A stretch of 64,000 nt of DNA, taken from assembly GCA_964016885.1 (NCBI GenBank), contig OZ024741.1:373922001-373986000 (forward strand). The letters are read 5' to 3'. Origin of the DNA: Eledone cirrhosa. Lineage: Eukaryota. The notes under the pieces are model-generated. The model saw only the letters and a list, made by a program, of their open reading frames with translations. It searched no databases and was not told the origin of the DNA. Below, in pieces: positions 41,487 to 55,919 of this stretch. Each line of letters opens with the position of its first letter. Positions within the stretch are counted from its first letter, which is position 1. The translations under genes and the position numbers were made by a program.

Positions 41487-41759
41487 TATGTATGTGTGTA
41501 CGTATGTACGTACGTATGTATATATGTATGTATGTATGTATGTATGCATGTATGCACGTGTGTACGTATGTATGTACGTATGTATGTACGTATGTACGTA
41601 TGTATGTATGTATGTATGTATGTATGGTTGAATTTGCTTTCTTTTCTGAAGAAACCAAATTCAACCACCGGGGGCCATCTTTGTTATATTTTGTTATGAC
41701 AGGCTGAATGAGGTGCAGAACCCAACGAAACTTAAGTAACTTAAGTAACGCAACGAAAC

Positions 41760-41945
41760 TTCTTGGAAAATATTGTGAAAAAAACAATACAATACAAAGC
41801 AATATAAAAAGGAGAATAAATAAATGCAAATAGCAGCCTTAGAAAATAGGTTGACACTCTGTCATCTGAATTAGTAGATTAATTTCAAATAGTATCAATT
41901 TTTTCTGTTTTGTAAAATCAAAGACTGGTGAAAATAACTTTATAC
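41760..41945. repeat. About 190-bp repeat, inverted partner at 45108-45297
   Basis: Reverse-complement similarity (..ggttgacactctgtcatctgaattagtagattaatttcaaatag..). Confidence 0.8.
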
Positions 41946-42023
41946 AGCGGTGTAACTATACTTAAATTGTCCTATGGACTGTGTGCTCTTACCTTGGATA
42001 TTTCTACCAAACGTTTACTACAG

Positions 42024-42091
<68 letters not shown>

Positions 42092-42161
42092 AGATAAGGG
42101 ATAACTTGGACCGTTAAGGTATATTATCTTTGGTCATGTCACATATTTATAAAACATTTTG

Positions 42162-42223
42162 TATTTTATCTGATGATAGCGTACCAAAATTTTTGGTACC
42201 CTTGAAATATATATAATAGAATA
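42162..42223 (+). ncRNA. Minimal type I hammerhead ribozyme
   Basis: Stem I TATTTTAT/ATAGAATA (extendable by 42143-42155/42230-42242), CTGATGA, stem II GTACCAAAA-T-TTTTGGTAC, GAAA, palindromic TATATA, AUA triplet. Confidence 0.72.
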
Positions 42224-42264
42224 AATATGGTTTTATAAATATTGTTTCCATTTATTTAATATCA

Positions 42265-42331
<67 letters not shown>

Positions 42332-42530
42332 ATTTACATATACACAAACTAGACAAAGTCATAGATATATACATATATGTTATATATGTAACATTTGCTC
42401 CTGCGTTCGCCTGCTTTTTGTTTTTTGTTTTCTGATATTCCGAACTAAATATAAATAGAGAGAGAGGTAGAACACTGGAAGGTAATATCCGTAATGGTAG
42501 AGCACTCAGTCCATGGGACGAGTTAGGTAG

Positions 42531-42639
42531 AAGTGGTAACACAACAGTTAGTTCACCATACCGAGAACAATTGTTTCACCTTGGGCTAAGGTGAAACAAT
42601 TGTTCTCGGTATGGTGAACTAACTGTTGTGTTACCACTT
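42531..42639. repeat. Fold-back palindrome mirroring an HHR 3' half
   Basis: Centre CACCTT-GGGCT-AAGGTG, arms GAAA-CAATTG-TT. Confidence 0.9.
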
Positions 42640-42735
42640 ATATATATATATATAACAAAGGAATTTTGGTAAGGAACCAGATGGACCATAACACACCAGA
42701 GTACTCAATACTTAGGGTAGTTGAGTGGGAAATAG

Positions 42736-42833
42736 GAAAAAGTATGACCCCGACGGCAGAGCTCAAGCCGTTTCGACGGCTATCCAGAAATAGCCGTCGA
42801 AACGGCTTGAGCTCTGCCATCGAGGTCATACTT

Positions 42834-42837
<4 letters not shown>
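42736..42837. repeat. Fold-back palindrome
   Basis: Centre GACGGCTAT-CCAGAA-ATAGCCGTC then GAAAC. Single-arm homologue at 49588-49640. Confidence 0.9.
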
Positions 42838-42902
<65 letters not shown>

Positions 42903-42993
42903 TATATAGTAATAATAATAAAATTGAAGACTAAAATCCAAAGAGGGCTCGATAAGGAAAATATATATCAAATATATAAGAACCGTAGAGCAA

Positions 42994-43119
42994 ATATTTA
43001 TTAAAATAACAGATTAAAGTTTAAGCAAAGAATCGCTGCTTTCACCCTTAACGGGATCCCGTTAAGGGTGAAAGCAGCGATTCTTTGCTTAAACTTTAAT
43101 CTGTTATTTTAATAAATAT
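42994..43119. repeat. Spacerless fold-back palindrome
   Basis: Axis GGGA|TCCC at 43056/43057. Non-folded homologue at 20425-20490. Confidence 0.92.
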
Positions 43120-43705
43120 ATATATATATATATTTAAAAGAATAGAGGTGTAACACACAAGTTATGATATATTGGTAAACGGAAAAGAAAATGCTGACAA
43201 ATTGTTCACAGTGAAAAATAGTTTAATTAGGAATAAGTGAGAATTAGTAATAGTATTGGTTAGTATTCAGTTTTGGTTTTAAGTTTTACCGGTTGCGCAT
43301 TTCTAATGCTTTTCAAAAATAATTTTGAGATAGAGCGTCCGTGATGTTTGCTCTGATCTGATTAGTTTTGGGAATTCTACCTGTTTTTATGTTAAAAAAA
43401 AGTGTCTCCAGCGGTATTAAAATAAGTTTTGCGCCAATTCGTGTTGCAAAAATTCTTGTGGTCAAAACAATTTTGATTGGTCGGTAGAGGTCATGTGAAT
43501 GTTAAAAATTGATTTTGCGCTAAATGTAGGTTTGTGTCGGCTAATTGAGAAGTCACTGAGAAATAAGTCTTTCAAAACAAATATGTGTGTGTGTGTGTGT
43601 GTGTGTGTGTAGTAGTAGTATTAAAGAGGTTTGTTGTTGTGATAATGGTCAGCAGGGATGTGTGTGCGAACCGCAGCCTGTTGACAGTTCAAATGCCTAT
43701 TAGGA

Positions 43706-43766
<61 letters not shown>

Positions 43767-43892
43767 CAGAGTAATTCGTGGTAGAGGGATGGTCAGTAGG
43801 AATGTCTGTAAGTGTGTGGGGGATATTTTAACATGTTAAAAGATATTTTTCAGCTCTTGTCTTATACGGAGAAGTGTGTGTGTGTATGTGTG

Positions 43893-43962
<70 letters not shown>

Positions 43963-44427
43963 TCTTTGTATGTTAATGTACGCGTGTGTATGTGTGTGTG
44001 TATATATGTGCGTGTGTGTGTGAGAATGTGTGTGTGTGTGTGTGTGTGTGGACCAGTATTTATTTCTGGTAAAATGGTGTACATTATTCGATATTTTCAG
44101 TAAAATCGATTCTCTCAATAGAACATCAAAAACCTTAATAATAAAAGGTGTGAAATGATATATAGTATTGGCATAATACCAAGGTGTGTGTGAGTGTGTC
44201 CAGATTGTACGTACTGCAAGGGGAATCCATTAGGCCTTGCCGTATTGGAATACCTGTGCACAAATATGTATCTGGAGTGTGTCCAGATTGTACGTACTGC
44301 AAGGGGAATTCATTAGGCCTTGCCGTATTGGAATACTTGTGTACAAATATGTATGTGCCCATCAGTGTGCAATGCATGTGTGCGTTTATGTATGTGTGTG
44401 TGTCGGCACGTTTATATCTATAGACAT

Positions 44428-44465
<38 letters not shown>

Positions 44466-44705
44466 AAGCATCGTGTGTACGCAGCCCTTCTCTCGGATTC
44501 TAATAAAAAGCTGAGGGGATGAAGTTAATATAAAGAGTGGTGTGCTCATGCGCGGAGATGCTATAAAATAGGTTCTAAAATAGGTTGAGACCCTTCAAGG
44601 CGGAAAAAGTAGTTGCCATCGCCCGCTATGCGATTCGATTCCTTGTAGCGGCTGATGCCAACGTCTTTACATATATATATATATGTGTGCGTGTGCACTT
44701 GTGTG

Positions 44706-44761
<56 letters not shown>

Positions 44762-44775
44762 TGATGCGTGCGTGC

Positions 44776-44833
<58 letters not shown>

Positions 44834-45952
44834 TAATATAAAAGAGAGATGTTTATTGGTTGGCTGGCTGGCTGAATCACTCGAAAAGTACACACGCACA
44901 CACACATAAAGAGAGAGAGAGAGACACACACACATATAAAAAGAGAGATATATATATATATAGGCCGTTATACAGAGAGAGGTAGAATTAAAGTGTTAGA
45001 TGTTAAGAGAGAGAGAGAGAAAGAGAGACATCCTACAAAAGTCTAGAATCAGCTTAAACTATAGTTCAAAGTATCAGTTGAAGGTTTAACAATATTGCGT
45101 TAGCCTTTATAAAGTTGTTTTACACCAGTCTTTGATTTTACAGAACACAGAAAAAATTGATACTATTTGAAATTAATCTACTAATTCAGATGACAGAGTG
45201 TCAACCTATTCTCTAAGGCTGATATTTGCATTTATTTCTTCTTTTTTTATATTGGTTTGTATTGTATTGTTGTTTTTTTCACAATATTTTCCAAGAAAAT
45301 TAATTTCATCATGTCACCAAGACACCGAGCGAAATATTCGAAAGACTCAGATTACATTTATTGTATTAAGCCATGTAGAGCGATAGACTATTTGTTTGTT
45401 TTTTCAATATGGCAAAGTTGGCCATTAATCGCTCATATACATGAAACTGAATGGCCTATCTGCTGATATGCAAATCTGGCCGATCAGTCACTGTATATTT
45501 TAGAAAATATAATATATTTTCACTAGCTTTGACAGTTGGCAGGTAAGCAGTATATTGATGAAGAGTAATCACCCAGGTAAGCAGTATATTGATGAAGAGT
45601 AATCACCCAGAAACATTAGTGTCTGCAGTTCTGTTTGCATGCCAACACAAGAGCAAGAATGAGGGGGTCATTCTACTGACATGGCTTTAAAGAGGCTGTT
45701 TGTATAATTGCAAACGAATCGAATGGTGGATTGGCAGTATCGGTAGAGGGTCTTATGCCATGCTTTGACGCATAGAGTTACGGCCCTTGCCATTCTAAGT
45801 TCAAATCCCGCCGAGATTAATTTTGCCTTTCATCCTTACGGGGTCGATAAAATAAAGTACCAGTAATGCACTGGGTAATTGCTGGGCTTGTGCCAAAAGT
45901 AGAAACAATTATTAATATTCGAAAAACTCAGATTACATACATATATATATAA

Positions 45953-45985
<33 letters not shown>

Positions 45986-46344
45986 TGAGGGGGAGGGGGG
46001 AGATGCCAAACAGTATATCACGCTGAAACTCCCTGGGAACTTCGTTTACAGTACACGTATCTTGCATTACTTTCAAGGGCAGACTGTTCCATTGATAGAA
46101 TCAGCTGGAAGATTTGTCGTTGGAACCGACACACATTTGTATACATTATCTGGATTGGCAGTATCGGTAGAGCGTCAGACATCATGCTTTACAGCATAGT
46201 GTTATGACCCTTTACGTTCTGAGTTCAAATCCCGCCTAGGTTAACTTTGCCTTTCATCTTTCTAGAGACGATAAAATAAAGCACCAGTAATGCACTGGGA
46301 TAATTTCTGGCACTGGGATAACTGTGCCTAAATAAGAAACCATT

Positions 46345-46518
46345 ATCTAATATAATTTCTGTTGTTTCTGTCATTATGACGTTAATAACGATACTTTGGA
46401 CATCTAGGGAGGAGATGATTCCTTTGGTTTCTTCTAAGGTCTTTAGAAATTCTTCAGATGATCTTACACTATATTTTTCAGATGTGTAATTTTTGATAAT
46501 GCTGTCTATTTTGATAAT
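46345..46518 (-). pseudogene. Penelope-like reverse transcriptase fragment
   Basis: YSVRSSEEFLKTL..IISSLDVQSIVINV..TETTEIILD matches the PLE RT motif S.DV.SLFTNVP..E.I.II. Confidence 0.68.
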
Positions 46519-46710
46519 TGCTTCTACTTTTGGCACAAGGCCAGCAATTATCTCAGTGCATTACTGGTACTTTATTTTATCGACCCCGTAAGGATGAAAG
46601 GCAAAGTTAACCTCGATGAGATTTGAACTCAGATCATAAAGGGCCGTAACTCTATACTGCATAGCATGGCGTCCGACTCTCTACCGATACTGCCAATCCA
46701 CCGCCCTTCG
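46519..46710 (-). mobile_element. Full-length SINE A with 18-bp TSD
   Basis: TSD gctgtctattttgataat at 46501-46518 and 46711-46728. Confidence 0.9.
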
Positions 46711-48864
46711 GCTGTCTATTTTGATAATGCGATCATGCCAGTCTTCGGCCTGATACTGATTCCATATAATTATGTACAACCTGCTTTACGGTCGAGTGGT
46801 CGGCAGCTAAACCGGATCCTCCGCCAGGCTCTGGTCTGGTGAGAAGGATAAGTGGAACCCCAGCAGCACAAAACAAAACAAAAGCTGTTAAAAGGGTGGA
46901 TGAACTGTTCAGAGTCAACGGCCATCCACCGCAGTAAATTAATAGCCTCACCAACTTGAAATGATCAAGCGTGGTGAGTTCAACTACACTATGAAGACAT
47001 TACCAAAATCAAACAGAAAGCGGTGGAGGTCAACCAGGAAGGAGTTTCTCTAACAGATGTGAGAAGGTTCTGAATTGGATTGGATTGGGTTGGTTGTCTA
47101 CTTCTTTAAGGTCACGAATTGGCAGAGGCGTTAGAACGTCGGATAGAATGTTTTGTGGTATTAGATTTGGCCCTCTGCGCTCTGGGTTTATAACCCGGCA
47201 ACGTCGATAAAAACAACTACCGTCCCAGTACTGAATATCTATTTCTTCTTCTTCTTCTTCTTCTTCTTCTTCTTCTTCTTCTTCTTCTCCTCTCTCTCTC
47301 TCTCACTCTCTCTCTCTCTCTCTCTCTCTCGATCTCGATCTCGAAGAAGAAGAAGAAGAAGAAGAAGAAGAAGAAGAAGAAGAAGAAGAAATCGGGTGTG
47401 TTCAGACATGGAAAGGGATGGGCTCCAACAACTTTTTAAAAATACTCATGACACGCTGTTTGTCACCACGGTGCCCCAACGACTCCAGCGGGAGTTATGG
47501 GTACATACGAGTACATACACAATCCATTTTGTTTAGCAACTTTAAAACAACAACAGATTTAAGACAGTATGATATAATCTGAGGAATATTTAGTTGTTAT
47601 TTCTAACAAGTTAAGTGTCTTCAGAATGAGATGTTCATTGTAGGAATGGTATGAATTAAATATAAGGAAATAATATTTCGAAACAATTCCCAAGCAACTA
47701 TTCTCTTCACAATAGTATTTGAAAACAAATGTAAAAAACAAAAATGCACTTTCTAAGTTAGCAATAGAATTTTTATTCTTTTTTTTTTTTATTCTTTTTT
47801 TTTTTTTGTTCTAACTTGCAGAAAGATCTTATCGAAGCTTAAATCGGTTAAAAAAATTTATTTAAGAAGCACACTGGCTCAAGGAATATGAAGTGAACAT
47901 CCAACTGTTTCTGTTGTAAACAGAATATAAAAGTAACGATTTAAACAAAATAGGAATACTGCCTGAAATTAAAGCAGGAGAGGAGCTAAATCCGTGAAGC
48001 CATTTACACAACGAGGACTGGACCTCCGTCAATTTCGAAGACGATTGTTCAAATTGTTCGATTAACTACGCATTCCACGGACACGTGTACTTGTAAAATA
48101 AATTTCAGGTAGATTTAGTGTATATGACATGGCTGGACCTTCGAATTATAGGTATAGTCCATCATCCGACAGACTTCCATATAATTTCACTCACAAAGTT
48201 TGGACGAATCCTAAATTATGTTAAATGAACTTTGCCCCAGATCCCACGATTAGGAAGGGAATATCTTAACCATTAGACCATCATGCGTCCACTTATACAT
48301 AATAGCTTTTTTATAAAATACATGTTAGAGCGTCGGACAACATGCTTTGCGCATATAGTTACGCCCCTTTTTGTTCTGTGTTCAAATCCCGCCGAGTCTA
48401 GCTTTGCTTTTCATCCTACGGGGTCGATAAAATAAAGTACCAGTAACGCACTAGGGTCGATTTAACCGACTTCTCCGTCCGCCCAAAATTGTAGAAATCA
48501 TTTGGCAGTATCGGAAGAGGGCCGGACGCCATGCTTTGTAGCATAGAGTTACGCCCCTTTACGGTCTGAGTTCAAATCCCACCGAGGTTAACTTTGCCTT
48601 TCATCCTTGCGGGGTCGATAGAAAAAAGTACCAGTAATGCACTGGGATAATTGCTGGCCTTGTGCCAAAAATAGAAACAATAGGAACGTAAGGCTTGGCG
48701 GCATGTGACAAGGCTGGCCCTTTGAATTAGATCAGTGGATCTGCTAATATGGAGATCTGACTGATCAGCCAGTCTGCTAATATACAAATCAGGCCAATCA
48801 GTCACTGTATATTTCAGAAAATATATATTTTCACTTGCTTTGACAGTTGGCAGATAAGCAGTAT

Positions 48865-48911
48865 ACTGTACTGATGAAGGGTAATCACCCAGAAACATCA
48901 GTGTCTGCAGT
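48865..48911 (+). ncRNA. Minimal type I hammerhead ribozyme (same family as 9449)
   Basis: Stem I ACTGTA/TGCAGT, CTGATGA, stem II GGGT-AATC-ACCC, GAAA, CA-TCAG-TG, GUC. Confidence 0.85.
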
Positions 48912-49078
48912 TCTGTTTACATGCCAACACAAGAGCAAGAATGACGGGGTCATTCTACTGACATGACTTTAAAGAAGCTGCTTGTATAATTGCAAACGAA
49001 TCGAATATTATTAATATTCGAAAAACTCAGATTACATACATACATATATATAGACACATACACACACACGCACACACA

Positions 49079-49117
<39 letters not shown>

Positions 49118-49128
49118 TGTCTCTCTCC

Positions 49129-49205
<77 letters not shown>

Positions 49206-49543
49206 CATTTGGATTTGGGTTGGTATCTTAAAGATACTAGATTAATTAAAATATCGAGAGAGTGGGAAAAGGCGATCAAAGATTTTTCGGTGATATCCGA
49301 TGGTTTCGTTTCGGTATTGGTGGGTTAGCAGTATCGGTAGAGGGCCGGACGCCATGCGTTGCAGCATAGATTTACGCCGCTTTACGGTCTGAGTTCAAAT
49401 CCCGCCGAGGCAAACTTTGCCTTTCATCCTTACAGGGTTAATAAAATAAGTACCGGTAATGCACTGGGATGTTTGCTGGCCTTGTGCCAAAAGTAGAAAC
49501 AATTATATATATAGATATATAAAGGTACTCAATACATAATAGA

Positions 49544-49588
<45 letters not shown>

Positions 49589-49738
49589 AACGAGTAGAAC
49601 CCCGACGGCTGAGCTCAAGCCGTTTCGACGGCTAATTCTGGACTAAATGAAAATTTTTATCCTGGTATATATACTACCCTAAGTATTGAGTACGTTGGTG
49701 CGTTATGGTCCACCTGGTTCCTTACCACATTTCCTTCG

Positions 49739-49782
<44 letters not shown>

Positions 49783-50083
49783 CGAGGGGCGTGACTTAGT
49801 GGTTAGGGCATTGAGCTTACAATCGTTAGGGTATGAGTTCGGAAGGTGCGTTGTGTCCTTGAGCAAATCACTTTATTTCACGTTGCTCCAGTTCACTCAG
49901 CTGGAAAATAAGGTGTATTGGCCTTTGAATTTCCCTTCGACAACATCGGCGGTGTAAAAGGGGGAGACTGGTGCGCATGGGCGACTGGTGAGCTTCCACA
50001 TAAACACCTTGCTCGGGCTTGTGGTTCAGAAGGGAACTTTCCAGGTTCAGATCACATGGTCAGTCGTGACCGAAGGAGGTCTT

Positions 50084-50169
<86 letters not shown>

Positions 50170-50239
50170 GGGTCTAATCAGGGGTTACCACAATAAGTAA
50201 GGTACTCAATACATAGTAGAATGTATACAATATTTGATT

Positions 50240-50333
50240 TTGAGATGGCTTCTACAGGACTAGAACTGTTTCATTCGAAGGAAATCGGGGGCCTTCGAAT
50301 GAAACAGTTCTAGTCCTATAGAAGCCATTTCAA
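50240..50333. repeat. Fold-back palindrome
   Basis: Centre ATTCGAAGG-AAATCGGGGG-CCTTCGAAT then GAAACAGTT. Confidence 0.88.
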
Positions 50334-53300
50334 TATATATATATAATTTCAAACAAATTTTACTCAAATTCTAACAAATTTTACTCAAGACATTGGTCTA
50401 TAGCAGGATCTTGTTAAAAGCATTAATCCAAGGTTCCACACAATGGAATCGTGCCCGGAACCACATATTTACGACACGAAAATCATATCTCCACAGTTTA
50501 AAACTATTCAGTATGTCCAGTCATCCATCTGTTAAAAACACTTAGAAGAATGATACATCGACATTTGCTTATAAAACTATGTTGGCAAGTATAGCAAAAC
50601 GTAAAGACATACAGATGGTTTTTACTCAGGTCAATGATTTTTGACATTTAAGTTGACTTAATTACAGGATCGCGTTTAATATTCTATTCTATACCTCCAA
50701 AGTTGTTGTAGTTTTGCTTTAAGGTCAGCTCTGATCGAACAGATTTATTATCAAGGCGTTCCAGCCATGAGCATTTCATTATTTTTTTTATTATTATGTA
50801 TCCAAGACGACACTGTCCAATATATCCTGCTATTTTTTTTTCTTTTTGTTGATAGTAACATCTGATTTTAAGAGGGAGGGATAATGTTGCTGCTATTACT
50901 AGCAGGTAGAGTGACCACTTAGAAGACCCCTACCACCTCGTTAGTTCGTTACCTCCAAAATCACCTGAGAAGATGAAACTGTTTTAGTACTATCTATTTT
51001 TCAGTGCAATACAAATCACAAAGCCCCATGATGGTTGATTTCTACTATCAAAATCAGAGTCAAACACCATATACCACAGTGGATGCAGGCGTGGCTGCGT
51101 GGTTCAGAAATTCGCTTCACAATCGGGAGATCTCGGGTTCGATCCCACTGCAGATAATTTTCTACAAATTTCTACAAACTTCATACTTGACGACCCAATA
51201 GTAGCCAACCTCTCAACTTTGTAGCTTTATTACTTTCTGATTTAGGCTCAAGGCCAACAATTTTGGGGGCGAGAGGAAAGTCGATTAAATCCACCCCAGT
51301 GCATGACTTTATTTCATCAACCCCGTAAGAATGAAGAGCGAAGCTAACCTTGGCGGGGTACGAACTCAAAACGTAAAGGGCCGTAATTATATGCCGCAAA
51401 GCATGTTCTCCGACACTACCGAAACTGCCAATAACTTTCTTAATAATGGTATTTTACCGAGATCCGTTTTTCTTGATGTACATTAAAATTAGATTGATAA
51501 ATCGTTTCTTTTTAAATTGATTGAATTTTTTTTTTAAATACTTCATTATTGTATATATTTCTGTTCATTAATGAATCCGTTTACTGAATATTTTCCATTT
51601 GTGTTTGTATTGGGTTAAATGTCAACTCAGAAACTGTTTCATCATATCTTCCAATTTCATGTAAATAAATAATATCAATCAAGATAAGGCTATAGATTCT
51701 CTCGAGGAACGCAATATTATTTCTATGAATTACGAAAATAAATGACTTTAAAAACGTCTCATCAACATAATCGCAATCAACACATCTGAAAATATATCTT
51801 TGCAAAATTTCATTAAAAAAATATGCATTATTAATGAAGTTATGAAAGAACAAAGTAGTTATGCAACAACGCCTTCTTCCTAAAACGATTTCTGTTTCTT
51901 GATATTAGGATTGGGGAATGTCGTATCATTTCTGAACAGCATTTATAACATTTTAATAAATTCAATGCAGCTTAAGGCTATAAAATATATCTGACAACTA
52001 TCAGAATATATAATGACAATAGAAACAAATATGAATTAGGAAGTTATATATGCATAGAAAAAGTAAAGTAGACATTTAATACGACTTCAAATTCAGCTTA
52101 AATATTGATTTATAATATAGTTAAAAGGCCAACAAATTTAGGGTAGGAGTAAAGTTGAACTCGGCGGGATTTGAACTTAGAATGTAAAGAGCCAGAACAA
52201 ATACAGCAATGGCAAATGTGGGATATGGGCAAAGTTAATTAAATCGACTCCAGTGTGAATGACAAAGTTGAACTCGGTGGGATTTGAGCTTAGAATGTAA
52301 ATAACAAGAACAATTACCGCAATGACATTTTATCCGACGCTCCACTAATTCTGTCAACCCACCAACCTATCTTAAACAAAAAAATGAGCTATTTGCTCTT
52401 TCTTTTTGTTGTATAATTTAAATAATTTTCACTTTATTTAATATGAAACAATTCTTTATATTATATTTGCATGCATTAGGGCGGTGGTTTGGCAGTATTG
52501 GTCGAGCGTAAGACACTATGCTTTGCAGCATAGAGTTACGCCCCTTTACGTTCTGAGTTCAAATCCCGCCGAAGTCAACTATGCCTTTCATTCTTATAGG
52601 GTCGATAAAATAAAGCACCAGTAACGTACTGGGGTCGATTTAATCGACTTTCCCCTCCCTCCAAATTACTGGCCTTGTGCCTATACTAGAAATCATTATA
52701 TTTGCATGCAGGGTCCCGTAACTCTTGGGGGAATCATAAGGGCGCTGTATTGATATACGGCGTTTTGAGAGAATTTTAAAACCTGGCGGATCCCATCCCT
52801 CTCCAGGTCTGAATACAGAAGATTTCTTTCAGAGAATGATAGAGAGAGTGAGAGAATGGAAGTGAGAAAGAAATATAGAGGAAAAATCGACCCCAGTACT
52901 AGACAGGTACTTTTTTTATCGATCTCAAATGGATGAAAGTCAAAGTTGACCACGTTGGGATTTGAACTCAAAGACCAGAGAGCCCGAACGAATAACATAA
53001 AGCATTTTATCCAACTTTCTAACAATTCTGTCAGTTCGCCGCCTATATTATATTTATATATTCGATATACAAAATCTCATTATGTCATGAAAAGCCATTG
53101 ACATTATATGAAAAATAATTGAGCAGTATCTAATAAAAACAAAAACACTATTAAAAGGAAGAAAAAGGGGAAAGTGAAAAAAAAGAAAAGGAAAACGAGA
53201 AAAAGAGTAAAAGAGAAAAATAAATATCCTCCACACTCACACTGTTCATCGTCTTCTTCAGCACTGAATAATGCTTCGAAACCATCACGATGACTTAACA

Positions 53301-53384
53301 CAGCATACAGATCCTCTTCAACATTATTTTTTATAACAAGCAGACCATTACCATTTCTTCTTTATCCATGTAATCACATTAGAA

Positions 53385-53533
53385 AATCGTCTTTTATATC
53401 ATCCAGTGCATTCGCAATTTTTCAGTTTCTTTTAAAATGACTTAACAATAATGTCAGTTTTTACTTCCTCCCATGATTCAATGATCTTTTCCCACATCAG
53501 AGGCAAAGATGGAGCTTTCATAATGCTTCCATT
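53385..53533 (-). pseudogene. pogo/Tigger-like transposase C-terminal remnant
   Basis: Manual translation across frames: KAPSLPLMWEKIIESWEEVKTDIIVKSF..IANALDDIKDDFL. Confidence 0.62.
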
Positions 53534-53644
53534 CCTATATGTATATATATATATATATAACGTTGAGGGTTGGTGAAATAAATCACTGCCACTATTGGAA
53601 TTGAATAATCAAAACCGTAGCGGTATGTTGCATATCAAATCTTA

Positions 53645-53707
53645 TATTTTATTTGATGAAAACGTACTTAGACACCATTGTACCTTTGAAATATGTATAA
53701 TAAAATA
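53645..53707 (+). ncRNA. Degenerate hammerhead (TTGATGA core) related to 42162. Truncated minus-strand relative at about 53955-54025.
   Basis: Perfect stem I TATTTTAT/ATAAAATA, GTAC..GTAC stem II, GAAATATGTATA. Confidence 0.5.
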
Positions 53708-53750
53708 TATATTTTGATTATGAGAATATTTTTCATTTATTAATATTTTG

Positions 53751-53870
<120 letters not shown>

Positions 53871-54400
53871 AAAGTTATATTTAAATTGTTGGGTTACAAC
53901 TAGTAAATATTTATAACTGATATAAAAGCACTCAACAAGTATTTGGAGTATATTTACGATATTAAATAAATGGAAATTATATTTATAAAACCATATTTAT
54001 TTCATTATATATATTTCAGGGATATCATATTAACAATATGCTATGCCTTCCTCAGACAAAATACAATATAGACAGTTTTATAGATAAATAGATTTGACAT
54101 ACCGTTCAACGTCGACTTGTATTTGAAAAGTTGATTTGGCAGTGAAAAAATTGTAAACAGAGAGAAAGAAAGAGAGAAAAAAGGAAAGAAAGAAAAGAAA
54201 GAAAGAAAACGAAGAAAAAGAAGAAAAAGAAGAAATGCATGGAACAAAATAGAGAGATGGAAAGATAGATAAAGAGAAGAACTTCATGTAAAGAAACAGA
54301 GAGAGATATATATAGAGAGAGAGGAAATAGATAGAGATAGATATATATAGAGAAAAGTAGGTAGTTGGACATCCGTTGAATAAACGTATCAATGATACAT

Positions 54401-54431
<31 letters not shown>

Positions 54432-55492
54432 GCTCTAGTATTAATGTAAGGGAGATATATGTGGTTAGGAGAGAAACCAGCTGTTATATAGAGAGAAAAA
54501 TGAAAAGTAACCAGACATAGGCGAGGCATAAAAACCCTATGTTTTAATGTAGAAGTATTAGTATGTATAAAAACCAGGCACTATAATGTAAATATCAGTA
54601 TTCCTGAATGAGACACGTATCCATAATGTGTGAAAAGTAATGATCTTATGTTTAGTTTTAAAAATTCATATGTTTATATGATAACTACAAACATCGATGT
54701 GAATTTACGTGATCAACTCTGCAAACCCCAATTTCACACGGAGAACATTCTCATTGTGCTATAAAAATTTAAGTATACATATATGTGTATATATATACAC
54801 ATATATATAGAGTCTATATTAATTTTAACAATACTATTCTTGTCTTTACTCTACATGATTATCTATCAAGCAGAAATAGAGAACAGATTTCAATATATTA
54901 ATAAAAAATATCAGAAACAAAAACAAACAAAAAAAAAAAAAAAAAAAAAATAATAATAATAATAATAATAATAAGTAATAATAAAATAGAAAACTAAAAA
55001 ATATTACGAAAAAATATTACATATTAAAAATAAAAATATTAGAAAATACTACAATAATAAAAATAAACCACAAAGATCAACCCTTCAAAATTAATTGACA
55101 ATATATTGCCAAGTTCATTATAAGCATCAGAGTCGAAAACAGATAAAGCTAAAAATTATTTATCAAATCGCGTCTAGCAAAAATCATTTCAAAAAGTTTA
55201 GGATGCCCATTTGGACTACATGTGTTCTTATATTTAATATAGAAGTTTATCTAGTGTAACGTTTATTCGAAATATTTGGAGCATCAACTTTTAGGGTAGT
55301 TTAATTTTTCATGAAGAATGTTTAAATAAAAATAAAAATAAAAAGAAGAATAAAAAGAAGAAATCGAAAGATTTATCGGCTAGTTTCCCAAATAATTATA
55401 AATCAAACTAAATATACTACATTTTAAATTTAAATTTATATTTAAAAGTTGAGTTTAATCTATGTTTGCAGCAACTGAATAAATTTGTCCGT

Positions 55493-55560
55493 AGATTTTA
55501 AAAGATTCCTGGTTAACTTTCCTGTCTCCAGGAAAGTTAACCAGGAATCTTTAAAAATCT
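55493..55560. repeat. Short fold-back palindrome
   Basis: Centre CCTG-TCTC-CAGG then AAAGTTAAC. Confidence 0.85.
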
Positions 55561-55784
55561 CCCCACCGAAGTTAACAAAGAACTTGCTAGATCTACCAAA
55601 TCACAATATTATAAAATTAAATCAAATTGTTTAGATCTACAAGTAAAGTCATTCTTTTCCTTTTTTTTAAATATACCTAACTGTACCAAGGATTTCACAC
55701 ATTTTCCAATATATATATATGAAACATAACTTGTTTTCGCTCTAACATAGCGGATTCGTAAATGCATTCGTGATTTTTATATTG

Positions 55785-55817
<33 letters not shown>

Positions 55818-55885
55818 TGTTTCTACTTTAGGCACAAAGCCAGCAATTATCCAGTGCATTATTGGTACTTTATTTTATCGACCCC

Positions 55886-55919
<34 letters not shown>

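Noticed and set aside
44185-44352. Tandem duplication of about 85 bp, and 19-bp tandem at 16277-16372
   Set aside because: Ordinary local slippage duplications
51581-51853. 90-aa minus-strand ORF in unique AT-rich DNA as a host exon
   Set aside because: No recognisable domain and no supporting neighbouring exons. Cannot be supported without transcript data.
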